Positions 38,739-64,000 of a stretch of 64,000 nucleotides of DNA are shown here, piece by piece. The first letter of the stretch is position 1, and every line of letters starts with the position of its first letter. The notes beneath the pieces are model-generated. The model ran no database searches, was not told the DNA's origin, and saw nothing but the letters and a program-made list of their open reading frames with translations. This DNA is from Amoebidium appalachense (taxonomy: Eukaryota; Protista; Ichthyosporea), in assembly GCA_963693365.1 (NCBI GenBank), contig CAVNZM010000001.1, positions 6,898,907 to 6,962,906 of the forward strand, given 5' to 3'. The position numbers were made by a program, and so were the translations under genes.

Positions 38739-39001
38739 CCCAACCACACACACGCTCACACACACACACACACACACACATGCACGGTAACTTGGGTTCG
38801 AACCCCCTATAGGAGTCTTTTGGGCACTCACGATGGGGCACTGGGTGGGTCCATGTGAATGTGGGCAGGTGGGACATGCAGGGCTGGTTGTGTATGGGGC
38901 GGGCGTGTCTTTTTTTTTTTTTTTTTTTTTTTTTTTGATTTGTTTGTGCCTACGTTTCTGTGTCACAGCACAACTGTTAAGGTTGGGTGTGTGTGTGTGT
39001 G

Positions 39002-39037
<36 letters not shown>

Positions 39038-39651
39038 TTGACGAGCCTGTGTTGGCAAGCGAGTCACTGAGGCCTAGCAAATGGATGGGAGGATGCATGC
39101 AGCAAAGCAGAAGCTGGGGGGGGGGGGGGGGGTGATCGAAAGAGCAAAGCAAGTAAACTTGTTGGCAACAACTTATGCTCCAATGACGGGGGAGTGAAGG
39201 AACGGTTATTGGCGTTTGTGGATGTGTGTGTCTGTATGTGCATGTGTGTAAAACAGGGGAGGGGGGGGGGGGGGGGGAGGGGAGCGTGTGTGTGTGTGTG
39301 GGGGGGGGGGGGGGATGCTGTATGTGCATGTGTACATGTGTAAAACAGGGGGGGGGGGGGGAGCGTGTGTGTGTGTGTGTGTGGGAGGGGGGTGGTTGGG
39401 GAGGAGAGGGCGCGGAGGGAGGAGGTGAGGGGGTGGAGGGTGAAGGGCAAAACCGTTTGTATGTATGAACAACGGACAGTTCGAAGCAGTATACTTGCAA
39501 GGACTTTGTGCTGACTCAGTATTTTGGCAATGAGGATACGGGTGTAGAAGAAAGCATGAAGCTTCATGGGGAGAAATGTCAACACGACAAATTACATGTT
39601 TTTTTGTTTTTTTATTTTTTATTTTTTTTAGGTTGGTTGGGGTGGGGTGAA

Positions 39652-39683
<32 letters not shown>

Positions 39684-40808
39684 AGACGGGGGGAAGAATA
39701 TTTGATGCATGAGGGAGGCTTTCTTTCTTTTTTTTTGGAGGGGGGGGGGGGGGATTTCGCGAGGGAGGCCTTTTTTGGGGGGGAAGGCGGGGGGGGGGGG
39801 GGGGGGGGAGGGGGGAGGAGAGGGTAGTACAAGAAGAAATGGGCTATAGGAGGAAACAATGTGCACACCACAAAAGGGGAGCTAGAAATGGAGTCGTAGT
39901 GATAAGGCCCTACTTGAAGTTTACATCCATTTCCAATCAAAGAGGTGCATATTCTCCACTCGCTCTTGCTTGATTTCAGCTGGTGATTCATGTCTCTATG
40001 TTTGTTTCAGAGCCGTTCAAAGCATTCACATTTGTGCACCGCAAGGCACGCCTAGTAGCACAACACATATGCACACAGATCCACACACCACACACAACGT
40101 GTGTGAGAGCGCGCACACACACACTGACATTGCACACGCCGCACAAAACACACACACACACACACAGTCACTCGTGCACGCACAGACACACACGCACACA
40201 CACGTACTCGCACACACACAATTCTCTCGCGCGCACACACGAACACATGCGTGCTAGTTGCATACAGGCAGCGCGCGCGCCCACACACACACACCTACCC
40301 ACCCACACACGCGCACGCGTGTGGCACCACACACACATACACATGTACAAACACACGCACACGTGGTAAGAGAGCGAGAGAGAGCGAGAGCGAGAGCGAG
40401 AGAGAGAGAGAGAGATGATGATGGAGTAAGAGACACACACCATTAACCCCCCCCCCCCCCCCCCGATACACACACCTCACACACATGTACGGTGACACAC
40501 ACATACAGACAAGCACACACACACACACACCCGGGGCACACACACACACACACACACACACCACAAAAAGACACAACAGCTAGCTACTAGGGATGTGCTG
40601 GTCTAGCTTGTGCAAAAATCGCCTATGCCTAGCATACTTCAAGTCTATAGGGACCCGGAGGCCCATGTGTGATTAATGTGCACACGAAATTTCATGTGGA
40701 ACGGACAAAAAATCCACACATCATCACACAATTGGCACCGGACGCGGTACCTTATATACATGCCATTGAACCTCTGTGCAGGTCATGCAGCAGCAGCGGG
40801 CAGGGTAA

Positions 40809-40842
<34 letters not shown>

Positions 40843-40945
40843 TGGGGGGAGGGGAGGAGGTGAGGTTGGGGGCAAGTTTAGCATAGCTATTCGGTTAGTA
40901 TTCGAGGCCTTGGGATGGGTTTTTTTTTTGTTTTTTTTTCTTTGT

Positions 40946-40991
<46 letters not shown>

Positions 40992-41068
40992 GAGGGGGGG
41001 GGGGGGGGGGGGGGGGGCGGAGGTGCGAGCAAGAGAGAGGGGGGGGTGGGGGGGGGGGGGGGGGGGGG

Positions 41069-41116
<48 letters not shown>

Positions 41117-41499
41117 TCTGGGGGGAGGGGGGGGGGGGGGGGGTCAATTAAGACTGTGAGACGGCTGGGCTAGGAATTGCCGCAATTGTGGAATATTAAG
41201 TACGGTAGCCTCCTTGAGCGAAAACCCCTCTGTTCTCTACTAGTCCCAGTTCACCGCAGGGGATCCGGTTCCTTCTTAAATCTCCGGGACCCCGGGCCCT
41301 CAGTGCATTTTGTCCAGTGACCACACACTCACATGATCACATTACTGTATACAGATATATATACGTGTAAATGTGTTGTGCATCATATGTGCCTACAAGC
41401 ACGTTGTATGCAATTACATGGTGGCACACTTGCATTCGGTCCTGGCCACTCACCTACTACATCGTCCGGTGTGCGCACGCATGCTACCCCTGGGCCACG

Positions 41500-42630
<1,131 letters not shown>

Positions 42631-43179
42631 CCTACGCTTCATCCAGACCAGCCAACAAAATGACCGTTAGGGTTGTCGACATGTGCGAGCGCACTCGCAG
42701 GATCCGGGAGTGTCGCCACGATGGCTCGAGTATGATGAATGAGTTAGTTGCCACACCAGCCAGGCATGACTGGCGAGCTGATGCGGAGTGAGCCAATCAC
42801 TAACTCAAAGCGCAGCAAATAATTCCCAAGAAACGATACATTTTGGAACCAAATGCAACACAAGGGCACTTTTATTGCTAATTGCACCTTTAGTTACATC
42901 ATTTTGTAAGCAATTTTTGAATTCATAAAATAATCTGTTGGTATTCTACTATATTTTGTTTATAACCTCAGAGCTTGGCTTGCAGGCATTGTCGCATGTC
43001 TGGTCGCACAAGCACATGTTGAGTCGGACTGCAATGTCGCCATTCACCAGAGGCCACGTTCATTTACCTCCCTCTCATGGTGTCTGCTCAGCCAATCCAT
43101 AATAATACATTTATTTTTAGCATTCAATTGTTTCATTACAACGGGCTTCTTTCACATTCCAGATGGAAAACTTTGGAGG

Positions 43180-43188
43180 TATATAAAG
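43180..43188 (+). promoter_or_regulatory. TATA box of the subtilase gene (CCAAT at ~43092)
   Basis: tatataaag about 150 bp upstream of ATG 43328. Confidence 0.5.
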
Positions 43189-43327
43189 CGTGATTCGTCA
43201 CAGATATGGCATTCGCACACACCAAGAACTTCAAGTTAGCCTTCCATGCGCACGAAATGAAAAACAAAGCCTTCTCTATCTGTCGCCAAAACACAAACTC
43301 CAGAAAGAAAGAAAGAAGGCCGCCATA

Positions 43328-48709
<5,382 letters not shown>

Positions 48710-49125
48710 GAGCTTTATGTCTTGATGGGCTGTCGCAGTAACGGCGTTCAGCAGTTAATGTGAGTGAGTGAGTGTGAATATGGCTAGACTATCAAAATAA
48801 AAGTAATGCATAAGAGCACATCCCGTGACTCGGTGCCTAGTCTTTAGATAACTAATTGAGCAGCGTAATAGTTTGTGCACACCCTTTGTAAGTGAGCGCG
48901 CACGTTACACAGGGGGAAATGATAGCCGCTTAGCCTAGTAATACCCGATCGAACCCAGACGATAGCATAAGATGACATAATGATGCCTCGGTAGCATCAG
49001 TGTTGGCAATGTGTTCATTCGCAATAAAGCCTTATGAGCAATTGCCGCCTATTGATAGAAGCCCAGGCGCCATCATCTTCAAGCCCTGATTTCCCTGCAG
49101 GAGTGGCTTTTCACAAACTGTTACA

Positions 49126-49172
<47 letters not shown>

Positions 49173-49359
49173 AAAAAAAAAAAAAAACGCTTTACACACT
49201 GGAGCACTGGCACACGCTTTGTGACCCACACACACACAAGCAAAAGCCTGGAAACTTTTTTGTCACCTGTTGAATTATGGCCTTTCCCTCTATCCCCTTC
49301 ACTCCTCTCCTGTCTTCCCCTAGTCATCCTTTTGTTCCTATTTAAAAAAAAAAAAATAA

Positions 49360-49400
<41 letters not shown>

Positions 49401-49409
49401 TTTTTTTTT

Positions 49410-49440
<31 letters not shown>

Positions 49441-49694
49441 GGGGAAGGAAAAAGAAACTTGAAAAAAAAAAAAAAAAAAAGTGATCCAGCTGAGCCTCGG
49501 GTTGAGGACATTCCTTCAAATTCCCGACGACGTTCAAACTTTCAGGACATGCATGAATCCATCCACTCCAACCCCCTCCTTGTATTATGTCTCCCGACCA
49601 TCCCCATCCACCCACCTTCACACACTTTGTGCCCCCGTTCCTAGACTTATAGGTTGCCCCAACTCAAGGTGAGAATCTGGCTGACTCCTCCCCC

Positions 49695-49730
<36 letters not shown>

Positions 49731-49796
49731 ACACACACACATACACACACACACGCAAACACCGTCCCTCTAACACTTGTAAGCCTGAAGTGCCCC

Positions 49797-49829
<33 letters not shown>

Positions 49830-49998
49830 AAAAAGGAAAAAAAACTTCCCTTCATGCACACCGTGCTTCCCCAATAACCAAATCGAGTATGGGTGTAACC
49901 GTTTTGGAATCCGTTGATTGGAGGGGGAGAGGGGGGGGGGGGGGGGGGGGGGATGCAAGAGATGGGGGAGGGGGGAAGGTGGGGGCCGGGGGCCACGT

Positions 49999-50029
<31 letters not shown>

Positions 50030-50380
50030 GGGGGGGGGAGGGGGAGGGGGAGGGGGCTCTCCTGGAATAGGATAAGACGGATGCCTGACTCAGTCTGAAT
50101 TGTTGCTGTTATTAAACCGTGACCACCACTTCTCCCATCTAACTAATAGCCTCTGGGCGGTGAGCAGCCGAAAGCCACATTTCTCGGATGTCTCTTACCA
50201 ACGCAACGTCACCAATGTGGCTCGCCACCCCGCCCGCGCTAAAGTGGAGAAGTGGTGGTTGGTTTAATCATTACTCAGTCTGTCAGTGGAGGTTAACATT
50301 ATTCTGGGGCTGGGGAGGGGGGGGGGGGGGGGGGGGGGGGGGCTGGGCGGGCGGGGGGGGGGGGGGGGGGAGGGGGGGAG

Positions 50381-50423
<43 letters not shown>

Positions 50424-50428
50424 GGGGA

Positions 50429-50488
<60 letters not shown>

Positions 50489-50577
50489 CTGTGTGTGAGT
50501 GTGAGTGAGAGAGAGATATATATAGAGGAAGGAGGGGGGGGGGGGGGGGGGGCAAGTTGGTCAGGATTGGGGTGCAA

Positions 50578-50579
<2 letters not shown>

Positions 50580-50645
<66 letters not shown>

Positions 50646-50650
50646 TGTTT

Positions 50651-50683
<33 letters not shown>

Positions 50684-51041
50684 CGGTGTATCATCATATT
50701 CAATAGGGGTGTGTGTTTGAAATTCATGATTTGTGTGTACTCAATCTGTCACGGTGTGTGTGCACGACGGCGACAGCGTGCGTGCATGTGTGCAAGTGTC
50801 ACAGTGTGTGCATGCGCATGTGTGTGTGTCTGTGTATCGCCCATGTGTGTACATGCATGAATTGTGCACGAATGCACACACACTGTACCGGATAGTTCAT
50901 CCGAGTGAGCAGGCGCCGCACACACACACGTGTACAGCATGTACTCGCCGTGTGACACACACATACTATGTGACACACACACAAATACACACACACACAC
51001 ACACACACACGTGGCACACACACACTGACACACATGTACAT

Positions 51042-51107
<66 letters not shown>

Positions 51108-51109
51108 TA

Positions 51110-51149
<40 letters not shown>

Positions 51150-51155
51150 TGTTTG

Positions 51156-51194
<39 letters not shown>

Positions 51195-51398
51195 TTGTGT
51201 GTGTGTGTGTGTGTGTCACAGTGCGTATGCGTGTGGGTGTGTGTGGGTGTGGGTGTGTGCATGCGTGTGCATCACGGTGTGTGTGTATGTACATGTCACC
51301 TTGTGCGTGTGCGTGCCACGCGTCAGTACTACTAACGTGTGCATGTGCCTCTATGTACCACGTGTGCATGTGTGCATGTGTGTAGTGGGTGTGTCTCA

Positions 51399-51489
<91 letters not shown>

Positions 51490-51540
51490 CATGTGTGTGT
51501 GTGTGCGTGCGTGTGTGTGTGTGTGTGTGTGTGTGTTAGG
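50580..51540. repeat. Compound (TG)n/(CA)n microsatellite block
   Basis: Several TG arrays with an internal CA array, seen directly. Confidence 0.9.
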
Positions 51541-51787
51541 CATACTAATATAGCTAGGGGGGCCCTGGGGGAAGGGGGGGGGGGGGGGGGGGGGGGGGGG
51601 GTCAGTTAGATACGCATGCACTTATTAATTAGTTTAGTGATATCATTAGTCGGGCAGGTAGCACGACTCTGTTACTAGACGTGTCACACGTCCAAACCAT
51701 GCGGCGCAAACCCTTTCCGAGATTACAAAGGAGCTTGTGCACGGAATTTGGAAATAGCGAAGTTGCCTCCCCCCCCCCCCCCCCCAG

Positions 51788-51826
<39 letters not shown>

Positions 51827-52187
51827 CCCCCCTCCCCCGGGCGTGGTCACCCTCCCGAGCCCCTCACTCTAGATCTCCCAGGCTGAGCCCCCCCCCCCCC
51901 CCCCCCCCTCCCTCTCCCCTCCCCCCCCCCCCCCCCCCCAATACACACACACACACACCCTTCCCTCCCCATCCTTCCCCACACCCCCCTCCGGGCCCCC
52001 CGGCCTCGCATGAGTCGGCTCCTCGGTCAGTTTCCAGAGCTTTCGAATTCCTACAAAGCCGTCGACCATGACTGTGTCTGTTGAAGTTCATGAACAACAA
52101 ACCTCGTGACCAATGTGCCAGGCGCCTCTGTATCACTCACAGTAGCAATGAGTCAGTGAAAACGTGGCCCCCCCTCAAAAAAAGGGC

Positions 52188-52222
<35 letters not shown>

Positions 52223-53456
52223 TGTGAAAGAAGCTGAAAGAACAACCAGGTGATCTCAGCAGTCAGCACGCAACGTCGGAGGCAGCAGCAGCATCGTGCT
52301 ATAAATGACCACCAATGAAAACGCGACGTTTTAGAGGTTACATTCCTCACATTCCGGATCCGTTGGGTGAGTATCGAACATGTTACCAAACAGAAGTGCA
52401 GTGCATATATACACCGTTTGTCCGTGCGTAATGATTATTGATACACTAGTCACAAAAACATATTTTGAGTGGCTATTCTATAAGAAGTTGAGGCCTGAAG
52501 ACCAAGAAGTATCACGTACACAGCACGCGCTCTCTCACGCGCATAGGCCCTCCATCAGGGAAGAACGCAATGGAATGTGAGCACAAAGTAACCCTCCAAT
52601 CACCGCGGACAGTTTCGGGACAATACTCGCTCACCCACCGGCCCTTGAGTCACAGCCCATCTCCCGTCTGACACTTCACATAGGCAGGCTTACCTTCCTA
52701 ACCTAATAGAAATTTAAGATATGAATATACAATATGTAGGTCTATACTTTAATTTTTCCTTTTTTCAGCCTGGTCAACCGTTGAAAAAGTATACGACGGA
52801 TTAGCAAGGTAAGTACTACAGTAAGGACTACTGCATCCCAGTATGCATACCAACAGCGTTCCAGACATTCCATGGTTATCCGACTTGGAGGGACACACAG
52901 GGACTCACAAACACCGTTCGTAAAAGACCAGTTTGGCCAGTTTAGTGAGTTTGCGCTGCGAAAGTTTACACACACCGTTGCACAAGCGAAAACAACTTGT
53001 TTAGGCTTATCCTTGTTTTCCTACAGAGGATCCTTGTTTATAGCCTGCAAGCAATTTCTCATAACCTATGCACACACGAGCCCACTTTTACTCGTTATGG
53101 GCTTAGAACTTATGCTCTTAGTACTGCACACTTCAAACCATAGCGAAATTCAAAGCTATTCAAACCCGAACGAAAACACTTTTTTAGAACGTCGCCTTTT
53201 CCTCACCGTCTTTATTAGCAGAGGAAAGGGAAACCTTTTCACAGCCAATAGGTTTCGGCATCTGGACACCGCGACGCTTCTTACTTGTGAACGTCAACAT
53301 GGTTTCATGCCGCGTCCAGCTGCTGCATCGTTTCATTCTTCTAGATAACGTGCTCCTGGCGCCTTGAACAAATGATTGACTTGTAAGGTTTATACACGCG
53401 CATACGCACAGAATCACACGCACAGGTACACAGGCACACGTACGTGGCACACCACC

Positions 53457-63922
<10,466 letters not shown>

Positions 63923-63929
63923 GTGTGTA

Positions 63930-63981
<52 letters not shown>

Positions 63982-64000
63982 AAAAAAAAAAAAAAAAAAC

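Noticed and set aside
38790-38812. B-box-like GGTTCGAACCC
   Set aside because: No A-box or cloverleaf upstream; it is preceded by CA repeats.

Overview
Eukaryotic genomic DNA with GT-AG introns densely filled with (CA)n/(TG)n, (GA)n and poly-C/poly-G tracts. Most supplied ORFs are translations of these repeats. The gene content suggests a unicellular opisthokont or other protist, which is inference only. Manual splicing gives: (1) a minus-strand SNF2/RAD5-16-like helicase with a PHD-like insert, running off the left end; (2) an ~1116-aa type-I membrane protein with a beta/gamma-crystallin motif, furin sites, a Cys7 TM segment and a PKA-motif-rich tail; (3) a disrupted cAMP-receptor-like (CAR/Git3/GPR157-type) GPCR pseudogene; (4) a 5'-truncated, frameshifted non-LTR retrotransposon; (5) an orphan 209-aa ORF; (6) a 7-exon proteinase K-like subtilase; (7) a >=16-exon gene running off the right end that appears to fuse a mucin-like stalk and a degenerate Vps62-like ectodomain to a myelin proteolipid (PLP/M6)-like four-TM module. 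Gene (7) is the best novelty candidate. Non-coding highlights are a ~100-bp intronic repeat family that is sense to its host gene in three genes, a 147-bp intronic foldback, (CA)n-AG acceptors and recurrent CnAn cassettes. All family assignments come from recalled motifs; no database search was run.
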